Shown here piece by piece: positions 1 through 9,663 of a stretch of DNA of 64,000 nucleotides. Source of the stretch: an uncultured Actinomycetota bacterium. Its GTDB lineage: Bacteria > Actinomycetota > Actinomycetes > JAHEKZ01. The stretch's first letter is position 1. Each line of letters begins with the position of its first letter. The notes beneath the pieces were generated by a model. It was not told where the DNA came from. It searched no databases and saw only the letters and a list, made by a program, of their open reading frames with translations. The stretch lies in assembly GCA_963743915.1 (NCBI GenBank), contig CAVURN010000005.1, forward strand, positions 448,001-512,000. Direction: 5' to 3'. The position numbers and the translations under genes were made by a program.

Positions 1-5
1 TGTCC

Positions 6-854
6 ATGGCAGCGTGGCTGGACGACGCGGCGGGCGAGGAGAGCCCCCGGGTGCTGGCCCTGACGACGTCGGTCGTCGGACTGAGCGCCATGCTCGCGCC
101 GGCCTACGCCGGTTGGGTGGCCGACACCTGGAGCCTCAGCGCACCCTTCGTGGGTCTGGCAGCCGTGACCGGACTCCTGCTCGTCCTCCTGTTGGCCGAC
201 CGCTCCGGCACCGGCCGTCGCAAGGACCCCGCCCCGCCGCTCAGGGACCTGATCCGCGCCTCGCGAGCAGACCCCGGACTGAGCACGATGCTGCTGCTCA
301 CGGTCGCCGCGGCGGTGGTGTGGATGACAGCAGACCTGCTGGTGCCCCTGCGGCTCGACGACGGCGGTTACGACGCAGCGGCGATCGGGCTCGTGTTCGC
401 CGTGTCGTCGTTGGTCTTCGTGGTGTCCGGAGCCGTGACCGCACGCGGCGCCGACCGCTGGGCCCGCCCGGGCGTCGCCGCGACGGCCACCCTGGGGCTC
501 GCGGTCTGCACCGCGCTGCCCGCCATCCTCGTCGGCGTCCCGGTCGCCCTCGTCTTCCTCGTCGGGGCCGGCGTCACCACCGGCATCATCGGCGCGCTCA
601 CGTTCCCCTTCGGGCTGCAGGCGGTTCAGCGCGGAGCCGTGACGGTGGCGCTGATGAGCGCCCTCGCCAACATCATCTGGGCTCTCTCCGGCATGGCCGG
701 CCCCACGATCGGCGGCGCCTTCGCCGAGTGGGCGGGAGACCAGATGGCCTTCGCCGTCCTGGCGGCCGTCAGCCTGCTCGTCGCGGTGGTCGTCGGACGC
801 CGCGGCTACGCGGCGCGAGCCTCCTTGGCCGGGCGCAGGTACACGAACCAGTAG
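6..854 (+). CDS. MFS transporter (5'-truncated by window edge)
   Basis: Multiple hydrophobic TM helices; MFS-like 'GMAGPTIGGAFAE' segment. Confidence 0.8.
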   Translation: MAAWLDDAAGEESPRVLALTTSVVGLSAMLAPAYAGWVADTWSLSAPFVGLAAVTGLLLVLLLADRSGTGRRKDPAPPLRDLIRASRADPGLSTMLLLTVAAAVVWMTADLLVPLRLDDGGYDAAAIGLVFAVSSLVFVVSGAVTARGADRWARPGVAATATLGLAVCTALPAILVGVPVALVFLVGAGVTTGIIGALTFPFGLQAVQRGAVTVALMSALANIIWALSGMAGPTIGGAFAEWAGDQMAFAVLAAVSLLVAVVVGRRGYAARASLAGRRYTNQ

Positions 855-1678
855 ACGAGACCGACCAGCAGACCGCCCCCGATGATGTTGCCGAGCGTGG
901 CGGCCGTGAGGTTGCTGACGAAGCCGCCGACGTCCAGCGACGCCAGCTGGTCGGGGGTGAGCCCGGCGTCCAGTGCACGCTCCTCCAGCCCTTGCTCGTC
1001 ACGGAGCAACAGCCCCTGGGGGATGAAGTACATGTTGGCGACCGAGTGCTCGAACCCGGCGGCGACGAACGCGGCGATCGGGAAGATGATCGCGAAGACC
1101 TTGTCGACCACGCTCTTCCCCGCCATGGCCAGCCACACCGCGAGGCAGACCAGGACGTTGCAGAGGATTCCTCGGACGAAGACCACCTCGAAAGGCAGCG
1201 AGGTCTTGGTCGCTGCGATCGACAACGCGGACACCCCGACCTCGCCCCCGCCGAGCGACCAGCCGTCACCGACCCACACCATCACGACCACCGACACGGC
1301 CCCGACGAAGTTGCCGGCGAAGACGACCCCCCAGTTGCGCAGAAGCTGGACCAGGGTGATGTGACCGTCGACAAGGCTCATCACCACGAGGTTGTTGCCG
1401 GTGAACAGCTCGGCACCCGCAACCACCACCAGGATCAGCCCGACCGAGAACGCCAGACCCGCCAGCCATCGGGTGGGGCCAAGGCCGACTGCAGAGCCCG
1501 TCCCGACGACGGTCGACAGGACCGCCCCCAAGGCGATGAACGCCCCGGCCAGGACACCCAGCGCGAAGGTCGGCAGCAAGGCGCCGCGCGCCTTCGAGAC
1601 GCCACGCGTCTCGACCAGACGCGCGATCTCTGAGGGGGTGTACGCCTCGACCCCGGTCATCGGTGAGGGCTGCGTCAT
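806..1678 (-). CDS. Formate/nitrite transporter (FNT) family channel
   Basis: FNT motifs LAGAFIALG, GAELFTGN, GNFVG, GILCNVLVCLAVW, GFEHSVANM, GNIIGG; GGAGG RBS before ATG 1678. Confidence 0.93.
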   Translation of the reverse strand: MTQPSPMTGVEAYTPSEIARLVETRGVSKARGALLPTFALGVLAGAFIALGAVLSTVVGTGSAVGLGPTRWLAGLAFSVGLILVVVAGAELFTGNNLVVMSLVDGHITLVQLLRNWGVVFAGNFVGAVSVVVMVWVGDGWSLGGGEVGVSALSIAATKTSLPFEVVFVRGILCNVLVCLAVWLAMAGKSVVDKVFAIIFPIAAFVAAGFEHSVANMYFIPQGLLLRDEQGLEERALDAGLTPDQLASLDVGGFVSNLTAATLGNIIGGGLLVGLVYWFVYLRPAKEARAA

Positions 1679-1758
1679 CGGGCCTCCTGCCTCGCGTCCG
1701 CGAGTCTTCCGGTAGGACGCCCTACGCTGATGCCGACACACCGGAGAGAGGAACGACC

Positions 1759-2055
1759 ATGTCGACCAGTGACGGCCCGGCACCTGTGCCGGAGATTCCC
1801 CGATTCCCCGATGGCAAGCCGATGGTCGACACCGCCGGTCGGCCGGCGAGCCCCAAGAGCCGCCTGGCGGCGGCACTCCTTGCCTGGTTCCTCGGCGTGT
1901 TCGGGATCCACCGCTTCTACGTGGGGAAGGTCGGCACGGGGATCCTGATGCTCCTGACCTTCGGGGGACTCGGCATCTGGGCGCTCATCGACTTCGTGAT
2001 GATCCTGCTGGGCTCCTTCAGGGACAAGGAAGAGCGGTACCTGGCCAACTGGTGA
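1759..2055 (+). CDS. TM2 domain membrane protein
   Basis: KSRLAAALLAWFLGVFGIHRFYVGK...GIWALIDF TM2 signature; GAGGA RBS. Confidence 0.9.
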   Translation: MSTSDGPAPVPEIPRFPDGKPMVDTAGRPASPKSRLAAALLAWFLGVFGIHRFYVGKVGTGILMLLTFGGLGIWALIDFVMILLGSFRDKEERYLANW

Positions 2056-2076
2056 CCTCCGTCACCGACCGGGGTC

Positions 2077-3063
2077 TCAGGCTTCCCGCACCTGCAGGAG
2101 CACCTTGCCGATGTTCTCGCCCTCGGCGAGCACACGATGCGCCTCAGCCGCTCTCTCCCAGGGAAGCACCCGGTCGACGACCGGAAGCACCCGGCGGTCC
2201 TGCACCGCCGGCCACACCTGTTCCACCACGGTCTTCACGATGGCCGCCTTGTCGTCGGTCGATCGAGAGCGAAGGGTCGTGCCGTGGACGCTCAGCCGCT
2301 GGCTGAGCAGGCGTCCGAGGTCGAGCTCGGCACGCGTCCCGCCCTGCAACCCGATCACCACCAGACGTCCTTCCGTGGCCAGGCTGCGCAGGTTCTGGTC
2401 GAGGTAGCGGGCCCCGACCACGTCCAGGACGACGTCGGCACCGCGTCCTCCTGTCGCCTCCTTGACCGCGGCCACGAAGTCCTGCTCGCGGTAGTTCACG
2501 GCGACGTCCGCGCCGAGGGTGAGGCAGGCGTCCATCTTGCGGGCCGAGCCGCACGTGACCACGGTGCGGGCACCGACCAGTCTGGCCAGCTGGATCGCCA
2601 TGGTGCCGATGCCGGAGCCTCCCCCGTGCACGAGGAGCGTCTCTCCCTCCGCCAGCCCAGCCACCCCCACGACGTTCGACCACACCGTGCAGACCGCCTC
2701 CGGCAGAGCGGCCGCCTCCACCAGGCCCACCCCCTGCGGGAGGGGCATCAGCTGGCCGACGGGCACCACCACCTGCTCGGCGTAGCCGCCGCCGGCGAGC
2801 AGGGCCGCCACCTCGTCGCCGACCTGCCAGCCGTGCACCCCTTCACCCAGTGCGGCGATCCGCCCTGAGCACTCCAGGCCGAGGACCGGCGAGGTTCCGG
2901 GGGGAGGCGGGTAGTGCCCCTGGCGCTGCAGCAGGTCCGCCCGGTTGACCCCGGACGCCACCACGTCGACGAGCACCTCGCCAGGACCGGGGCTCGGATC
3001 AGGTACCTGGGTGACCCGCAGCACCTCGGGCCCGCCTGGCTCGGAGAAGGTCACCGCCTGCAC
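2077..3063 (-). CDS. NAD(P)H:quinone oxidoreductase, PIG3 family
   Basis: GVNRADLLQRQGHYPPP, GLECSG, HGGGSGIGT, GKVLL motifs. Confidence 0.93.
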   Translation of the reverse strand: MQAVTFSEPGGPEVLRVTQVPDPSPGPGEVLVDVVASGVNRADLLQRQGHYPPPPGTSPVLGLECSGRIAALGEGVHGWQVGDEVAALLAGGGYAEQVVVPVGQLMPLPQGVGLVEAAALPEAVCTVWSNVVGVAGLAEGETLLVHGGGSGIGTMAIQLARLVGARTVVTCGSARKMDACLTLGADVAVNYREQDFVAAVKEATGGRGADVVLDVVGARYLDQNLRSLATEGRLVVIGLQGGTRAELDLGRLLSQRLSVHGTTLRSRSTDDKAAIVKTVVEQVWPAVQDRRVLPVVDRVLPWERAAEAHRVLAEGENIGKVLLQVREA

Positions 3064-3098
3064 GGACCCAACGTAGGGGCAGCCGGGTCGTGGCCGGA

Positions 3099-3139
3099 CA
3101 GCGGACAGGACCCCGCACGTGACGGGGTCCTGTCCGCTG
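3099..3139 (-). terminator. Perfect 17-bp stem hairpin downstream of the fasciclin gene
   Basis: CAGCGGACAGGACCCCG-N7-CGGGGTCCTGTCCGCTG, 22 nt after the stop at 3162. Confidence 0.8.
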
Positions 3140-3161
3140 AGGTTCGGTGACGGTGCGGTGG

Positions 3162-3800
3162 TCAGGCGGGCAGCACCGGGAGCAGCACCCGGTTGATGGC
3201 GTGGGCGATCTGCTTGTTGCCCTTGTTGATGTCGGTGACGATCACCTGCGGGTTGTCCACGCCCTTGGCCCGGTCCTTGAGGAAGATCGCTCCGTTCTTC
3301 TTCACGTTGACCGTGACCTTCTGCCCGTTGGCCATCTCGAGCTTGGCGCCGTCGGACTGCGAGGCAGCCTTGGCGTTGATCTTCACGCCCGGAACCACGT
3401 GGTAGAGCAGGACTTCCTCGATGCCGCCGAGCCCGAGCTCCGCCACGAGCTTGCCCGTGAGCTTCTCCTCGTTCTTGGCAGTGATGCCGAGGTCCTTGGC
3501 GGTCCGGGCGAACCCGGCGTCGGTCGGGATGAAGGCGGTCAGCCGGACGTCGCCGTCGGTCAGCGCCGAGACCGGTGAGCTGGGGTCGTCGCCGAGCACG
3601 GCCAGGACCGCCGCGGTGAGGATGTCGAAGTCCCTGCCCTTGTCGTCGAAGGTCGGCTGACCCTTCTTGGTGTCGGCGAGCAGGATCGAGGCCAGCGACT
3701 TCGAGCCGGGTGCCGCCTGGGCGGGAGACGCCAGCGCGAGCGGAGCAGCGGCGAGGCCACAGGCGACGGCGAGGGCGGTGACACGGGAACGCAGGTTCAT
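3162..3800 (-). CDS. Secreted fasciclin (FAS1) domain protein
   Basis: Signal peptide (AQA); LTAFIPTD, VLLYHVV, IAHAINRVLLP; AGGAGG RBS. Confidence 0.9.
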   Translation of the reverse strand: MNLRSRVTALAVACGLAAAPLALASPAQAAPGSKSLASILLADTKKGQPTFDDKGRDFDILTAAVLAVLGDDPSSPVSALTDGDVRLTAFIPTDAGFARTAKDLGITAKNEEKLTGKLVAELGLGGIEEVLLYHVVPGVKINAKAASQSDGAKLEMANGQKVTVNVKKNGAIFLKDRAKGVDNPQVIVTDINKGNKQIAHAINRVLLPVLPA

Positions 3801-3893
3801 GAGGTCCTCCTGGGGACGGGGTTTAGCCCCTCTTCCCGGCACGACCGCGACCTGGATGCACAACCTGTGAAGAAGTTCGGGTCAGGCTCCGGT

Positions 3894-4508
3894 TCAGCGC
3901 TCGTCATCCATGGCGGCGACGCCGGGGATCCGGCTTCCGACGACGGTGCCGAGATCCATCGCCAGCTCGAGGTCCTCGTGCGTGAAGACCGGGACGTCCG
4001 GGCCCCGGGCGAGAAAGACCTCGCCGAGCACCCGACCCTGGGCGACCATCGGCACCCCCATGAAGCAGGGCTGCACCGGACGCGGTGACTGGCGCACGTA
4101 CTCCGTCACGACCTCGAGCTCGTCGGTGCTGAGGTAGCCACGGTGGGACAACAGCCGCTCGGCTGCAGCCGGGTAGTCGCTGAGGGGGTAGTACGCGTCC
4201 TCCGGGAACGTGACCTGGTCCGGAGCGAGCTCGCCGACGTTGACCAGGTCGCGAAAGCGGTCCCCCTCGATCAGGGTGATGTGCACGCTGCTGGCCGCCA
4301 TGATCTCGAGGATGGTGAGCGCGGCACCGTGCCCGAGCGACCGCAGGTCCTCGTGGCGATCGATGCGGACGACGAGGTGCCGGATGATCTCCGAGCGGCT
4401 CTCACCGATCCAGCCGCGGTGATAGCGCGCAGCGGCCGTCTGCGGGGCTGTCCAGACCACCGCGCACCTCCACCGCGTCTCGTACGGACACTGACTGGTC
4501 CCACACAC
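3894..4508 (-). CDS. Stand-alone GAF domain protein (start uncertain)
   Basis: CFMGVPMVAQGRVLGEVFLAR...FTHEDLELA GAF C-terminal signature. Confidence 0.75.
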   Translation of the reverse strand: MCGTSQCPYETRWRCAVVWTAPQTAAARYHRGWIGESRSEIIRHLVVRIDRHEDLRSLGHGAALTILEIMAASSVHITLIEGDRFRDLVNVGELAPDQVTFPEDAYYPLSDYPAAAERLLSHRGYLSTDELEVVTEYVRQSPRPVQPCFMGVPMVAQGRVLGEVFLARGPDVPVFTHEDLELAMDLGTVVGSRIPGVAAMDDER

Positions 4509-4592
4509 AGCTCACCCCGATGGATCCGGTATCGGCCGATGTCCGCACCTCCTTGATGCGGGACGGCGTCGGCGTCGCGCTAGCGTCGGGCC

Positions 4593-5484
4593 ATGACAGC
4601 AGGCACGCACCTCCTCGAGCTGCCGGACGGCCGCACGCTCGACGTCTACCTCGGCGGTGACGAAGGTGGCTTCCCTCTGGTCATGCACCACGGCACACCC
4701 TCGGACTCCACGACGTTCGCCGACTGGGACGAGCCGTGTCGAGAACGCGGGTTCCGCCTGGTCTGCGCGAGCCGCCCCGGATATGCGACGTCCACCAGGC
4801 TCCCTGGCCGGGACGTCGCACAGGCTGCCCGGGACACCGCAGAGCTCCTGGACCTGCTGGGCGTGGACGCGTTCGTCACCGGCGGGTGGTCGGGGGGCGG
4901 CCCCCATGCGCTGGCGTGCGCGGCCCTGCTCCCCGACCGGTGCCGGGCCGCAGCGACGCTGGCGGGTGTCGGGCCGTCCGGAGACGACGAGCTCGACTTC
5001 CTCGCGGACATGGGTCCGGAGAACGTCGAGGAGTTCGGCGCGGCGCAGGAGGGGGAGGACGCACTGTGCGCGTGGCTGGCCGAGTTCGGGGAGCCGTTCC
5101 GGCAGGTGACGGCGGAGCAGATCGCCGAGGCCTTCGGCGGCCTGGTCCCCCAGATCGACGTCGACGTCCTCGAGGGCGGGTACGCGGCCCAGATGGCGGC
5201 CGAGACGCGACGCGCCCTCCAAGGCGGCTTCGACGGCTGGGTCGACGACGACCTCGCGTTCACCCGTCCGTGGGGCTTCGACGTCGGGGACATTCAGACT
5301 CCCGGTGACGGTCTGGCAGGGCGACCTCGACCTCATGGTCCCGGTCGCCCACGGCCGTTGGCTGGTGGACCACCTGCCCAAGGCGACCCAGCACATGGTC
5401 GCCGGCCACGGGCACATCTCCCTCGTCACGCGCTACCGGGACGAGATCCTCAACGACCTGCAGGACGCCGTACCTGCGACCTGA
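4593..5484 (+). CDS. Alpha/beta hydrolase (frameshift near 5300)
   Basis: HHGTP and GWSGGG nucleophile; C-terminus [14 protein letters not shown]...GHGHISL continues in another frame to TGA 5484. Confidence 0.85.
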
Positions 5485-5508
5485 CCACGCTGCGCCTGCT
5501 GCTGCGCC

Positions 5509-6954
5509 TCACGCCTTCACGTACGAGGTCTTGACCACCGTGAAGAACTCGCGCGCATGCGTTCCCTGCTCACGCGGCCCGTACGACGACGCCCGTCGCC
5601 CACCGAACGGGACGTGGTAGTCGACGCCTGCGGTGGGGACGTTGACCATCACCATCCCGGCGGTGGAGTGCCGACGGAAGTGGGTGGCGGCCGCGAGCGA
5701 CGTGGTGACGATGCCGCTGGAGAGGCCGAACTCGGTGTCGTTCGCGGTCGCCAGCGCCTGGTCGTAGTCAGCCACCTCGATGACCGAGGCGACCGGCCCG
5801 AAGACCTCCTCGCGGTTGACCGTCATGCTGCTGCTCGTCCCGACCACGAGCGCCGGGGCAAGGAAGTGGCCGTCCGATGCCACGCTCCACCCGCTCGCCG
5901 CCGACGACGTCGCCGCCCTCCGTCCTGGCGATCTCCAGGTACCTCTCGTCCTGGGCCAGCTGGGTCGCGTCCACCACCGGACCCATGTCCGTGTCCGACG
6001 CGCGCGCATCACCCACCCGCCACTGACGCATACGGGCGGTCAGCGCCTCGACGAAACGGTCGTGGATGCCCGCGGTGACGATCAGTCGGCTGGACGCGGT
6101 GCAGCGCTGACCGGTCGACCCGAACGCGCCCTGCAGCGCGACCTCGACAGCCACCTCGAGGTCGGCGTCGTCGAGCACGACGAGCGGGTTCTTGCCACCC
6201 ATCTCCAGCTGCACGCGAGCACGGTGAGGCTGCGCGGACGCCAGGATGGCCTCGCCGGTGACCACCGATCCGGTGAACGTGATGCCGTCCACGCCCGTCG
6301 CCCGGTCAGCACCGGTCCGATCTCACGTCCACGACCCATGACCAGGTTGAGCACACCGTCCGGAAGCCCGGCGCGACGCAGGATGTCGACGAGCTCCCAT
6401 GCGCTCCCCGGCACGAGCTCCGCCGGCTTGAACACGACGGTGTTGCCGTACGCGAGGGCGGGAGCGATCTTCCACGCGGGGATGGCGATGGGGAAGTTCC
6501 ACGGGGTGATGACGCCGACGACACCGAGCGGTTCGCGGGTGACCGTGATCTCCAGCCCGGGCCGGATCGAGTCGATGAGCTCACCGGTGTTCCGCAGCGC
6601 CTGTCCCCCGTGGAACTTCAGGATCTGGCCGGCGCGCACCACCTCTCCACGTGCCTCGACCAGCGTCTTGCCCTCCTCGCGGGCAAGCAGGTCGCCGAGC
6701 TCGTCCGCGCGCGCGATCACCTCGTTGCCTGCGCGGTCCAGCACATCTGCGCGCTCCTGTGGCGTCGCGGACGCCCATCGCGGCAGTGCGGAGCGAGCCG
6801 CGTCCACCGCCGCCGACGCGTCGGCAACGGTCGCGTGCCCGTACTCACCGACGATGTCGGACGTGTCACTCGGGTTGACGTTGGGGGTCCAGTCGGCGCC
6901 GACGACGTCAGCGCCGCCGATGATGTTGGGCCGGCGCACAGTCGTTGAGCTCAT
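5509..6954 (-). CDS. Aldehyde dehydrogenase (two frameshifts, near 6295 and 5880)
   Basis: ITPWNFP, FTGS, LEMGGKNP, GQRCTASSR, EEVFGPV, PFGG distributed over three ORFs. Confidence 0.9.
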
Positions 6955-7058
6955 GGTCCGAGCGTAGGCCGCGGCCCAACGGCCCCCCGACTGTCCCCCT
7001 GCGTGGGCTCATGGCCCGCCGAGTGTCCCGCTGCGTGACGCCGAACCCTGTCGGCTGC

Positions 7059-7129
7059 GTCCATCGGCGCGATACTCACGCTTTCGGGGGCCAGGAGCCC
7101 GTGGAATGGTGAGCATCGCTCCAATGGAC
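7059..7129. repeat. Imperfect 21-bp inverted repeat with 29-nt spacer (REP-like hairpin)
   Basis: GTCCATCGGCGCGATACTCAC ... GTGAGCATCGCTCCAATGGAC, 18/21 complementary. Confidence 0.7.
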
Positions 7130-7251
7130 AGGGTGTGGGTTCCGAACCGTCAGAGTGCGTGCCGGGTGGACGGTGTCGGGCGTCGAGTGCTGACGTCGGC
7201 GCGACGCCCAGCAGGACCGGCACGCGCGCGGCAGGACACGCGGCTCTCGGC

Positions 7252-8511
7252 TCAGCCCGCGGCGGCGACCTCGTCGAGTGCCTCACCGATCGCATTCGCG
7301 GCGTGCTTCAGCTGTGGCTCACTGATCACGAAGGGTGGGGAGACCTGGAGCGATCCGTCGACGAGCGGTCGCGTGAGCACCCCCCGGTCGCGCAGGGCCA
7401 GAACCGCGCGCGGTGCGAGGGACGCGTCAGCGGCGAGGGCACCGGGGTCGATCTGGACGGCGGCGAGCAGCCCGACACCGGCCCGCACCTCGCTGACGAG
7501 CGGATGCCCGGCCAGGCTCGCGAAAGCATCGGTCACCACCGGCTCGAGGTCGCGCACCCGACCGACGAGCCCCTCGCGGTCGATCAGCTCGAGGTTGGCC
7601 AGACCGGCCGCCGCCGCCACCGCGTGGCCGGAGTAGGTGTAGCCGTGACGCCAGACGCCCGCGGTCCCGTTCCAGAAGGGCTCGGTCACCGACGGCGCGG
7701 CCAGCACCGCCCCCATCGGCGCGTACCCGCTCGTCAGCCCCTTGGCGCTCAGGACCAGATCGGGTTGCAGGTCGAACCGGGTGCTCGCGAACCACTCACC
7801 GGTGCGGCCGTACCCGGTGATGACCTCGTCGCTCACCCACAGCACCCCACGCTCGCGACACACCTCACGCGCCCGCCGCAGATACTCCTCGCCGGCGAAG
7901 TGCACACCTCCGGCCCCCAGGACCGGTTCGCAGAAGAAGGCCGCCACGGTCTCGGCGCCACGCTCGTCGATCGCCTGGGCGAGCGCCTCCGCGTCGTCCC
8001 ATGGCACGTTCACGACATCCGCGCCCCATTCGCCGTAGCCGCTGCGGTTCGGCTCGATCCCGGCCAGAGCGGTGCCGCCCCAGTGCATCCCGTGGTACGC
8101 CCGCTCCCGCGTGATGATCGTGGTTCGCGTCGGCTTCCCCTGCACGCTCCAGTACCGGCGCACGAGCTTGGCGGCGGTGTCGACGGCATCGGACCCGCCC
8201 GAGGTGAAGAAGACCTTGCTGCCCGCCACCGGCGCCAGGTGCGCGAGCCGCTCGGCCAGCGCGAGGACCGGCTCGTTGGCCATGTCGCCGAACGTGGAGT
8301 AGGCGGCCAGGGAACCCGCCTGGGCACCCATCGCGTCGGCGATCTCGGTCCGGCCGTGACCCACGTTCGCGAACCAGAGTCCGGCAGTGAGGTCGAGGTA
8401 CTCGCGCCCCGCGGCGTCGAAGACGCTGGCGCCGGAGCCACGGGTGAGCACGAGCTCACCGGCGGCCTCGACTGCGGACATGTCGGCGAAGGGATGCCAG
8501 AGGGAGGTCAC
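7252..8511 (-). CDS. Class III PLP aminotransferase (omega-amine type)
   Basis: LWHPF, SGGSDAVD, YHG, SDEVITGYGRTG, AKGLTSGY, HGYTYSGH. Confidence 0.92.
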   Translation of the reverse strand: MTSLWHPFADMSAVEAAGELVLTRGSGASVFDAAGREYLDLTAGLWFANVGHGRTEIADAMGAQAGSLAAYSTFGDMANEPVLALAERLAHLAPVAGSKVFFTSGGSDAVDTAAKLVRRYWSVQGKPTRTTIITRERAYHGMHWGGTALAGIEPNRSGYGEWGADVVNVPWDDAEALAQAIDERGAETVAAFFCEPVLGAGGVHFAGEEYLRRAREVCRERGVLWVSDEVITGYGRTGEWFASTRFDLQPDLVLSAKGLTSGYAPMGAVLAAPSVTEPFWNGTAGVWRHGYTYSGHAVAAAAGLANLELIDREGLVGRVRDLEPVVTDAFASLAGHPLVSEVRAGVGLLAAVQIDPGALAADASLAPRAVLALRDRGVLTRPLVDGSLQVSPPFVISEPQLKHAANAIGEALDEVAAAG

Positions 8512-8546
8512 GAGCGTCCAGGGTAGTCAGCGGCGGAAGAGGGTGG

Positions 8547-9290
8547 CTACGCCAGCGCGGTCTGCAGGCCGAGCAGCACCGCGGCGCCGACCATCACTGC
8601 TGCGAATGCCTGGCGCAGCCGCTCCCGAGGCAGCCGGTGGGCGATGCGCGCCCCACCGAACGACCCCGCTGCGGCGCCCAGCGCCATGGGCAGGGCGACA
8701 GCCCAGTCGAGGTACTCCGGACCGCGGACGGCCAGAGCCGCCGTCGCGTTGATCGCGATCACGAGCAGACCCGTCGCGGTGGCCTCGCGGATGCCGAACC
8801 CCAGGACGAGGACGAGGGCGGGGACGATGACGAAACCACCGCCGACGCCGAAGAACCCGGTGACGAGTCCGACGGCCAGAGCGGCCGCGGCGACGACCAG
8901 AATCGACTTGCGAGGCCCTCGCACGTCGGACGCCTTGGGCTGACGCACCATGGCCACTGCCGCCGCGAGCAGCAGGAGCGAGAAGCCCGCCGTCAGAACC
9001 CGGTCGGGCAGCACGGTGGCGAGCCACGAACCGGCGACCGCTGCGACCGTGCCGACCCCGCCGAAGATCCCCCCTTCACGCCACTGCACCGTGCGCGATC
9101 CACGGTGACCGACCAGACCGCTCGCCGCGGCCAACAGGACGACCACCAACGAGACCGTGGTCGCCTCTCGCGGTGAGACACCGAACCCGAACATCAGCAG
9201 CGGAGCGGTGAAGATGGCTCCCCCGGCCCCGAGCACGCCGAGCATCACGCCGATGAAGGCTCCGGCGAGTGCGAGTTCGACGATCTCCAT
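8547..9290 (-). CDS. Sulfite exporter TauE/SafE family
   Basis: GVLGAGGAIFTAP and GFFGVGGGFVIVPAL motifs; located in the rhodanese operon. Confidence 0.92.
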   Translation of the reverse strand: MEIVELALAGAFIGVMLGVLGAGGAIFTAPLLMFGFGVSPREATTVSLVVVLLAAASGLVGHRGSRTVQWREGGIFGGVGTVAAVAGSWLATVLPDRVLTAGFSLLLLAAAVAMVRQPKASDVRGPRKSILVVAAAALAVGLVTGFFGVGGGFVIVPALVLVLGFGIREATATGLLVIAINATAALAVRGPEYLDWAVALPMALGAAAGSFGGARIAHRLPRERLRQAFAAVMVGAAVLLGLQTALA

Positions 9291-9303
9291 GTGGCCGTCC
9301 CGA

Positions 9304-9663
9304 CTAGCCCACTCGGCCCGGACGTCCGGACCGGTCGACGACAGCCTGTCCGGAGCGGACCCAGGCGTTCATCCCGCCGGCGAGGTTGTACGCCTCGTAC
9401 CCCGCCTCACGCAGGTGTCGGGTGGCCCGTCGCGAACGGTTGCCGGTGCGGCACACCACGACGACCGGCTTGCCCTTCGGGATGCGCCGAGCCTTCTGGC
9501 CGAGGGTGTCCAGAGCCACGTGCTGTGCCAGCGGCGAGTGACCCGTGTTCCACTCAGACTTGCTGCGTACGTCGACCAGACCTGCGCCTTCGTCGATCAA
9601 CGCGCGAGCCTCCTGGGCCCCCACCGACGGAACGCCGCCGAAGAGCCGGGACAGCAGGCTCAT
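9304..9663 (-). CDS. Rhodanese-like sulfurtransferase
   Basis: DVR..EW..GH, active-site CRTGNRS, NLAGGMNAW. Confidence 0.92.
   Translation of the reverse strand: MSLLSRLFGGVPSVGAQEARALIDEGAGLVDVRSKSEWNTGHSPLAQHVALDTLGQKARRIPKGKPVVVVCRTGNRSRRATRHLREAGYEAYNLAGGMNAWVRSGQAVVDRSGRPGRVG

Noticed and set aside
806-854. 49-bp convergent overlap of the MFS and FNT genes as antisense regulation
   Set aside because: Short 3' overlaps are common in GC-rich genomes and could also come from an indel
14-1633. Long Arg/Pro/Gly-rich alternative ORFs (e.g. 14..1633, 13607..15586, 32521..34791, 37677..39194)
   Set aside because: Shadow frames of real genes in high-GC DNA, with no family motifs
5509-6954. Aldehyde dehydrogenase as a pseudogene or programmed-frameshift gene
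   Set aside because: All catalytic motifs are intact, there is no slippery heptamer, and similar indels occur throughout the window
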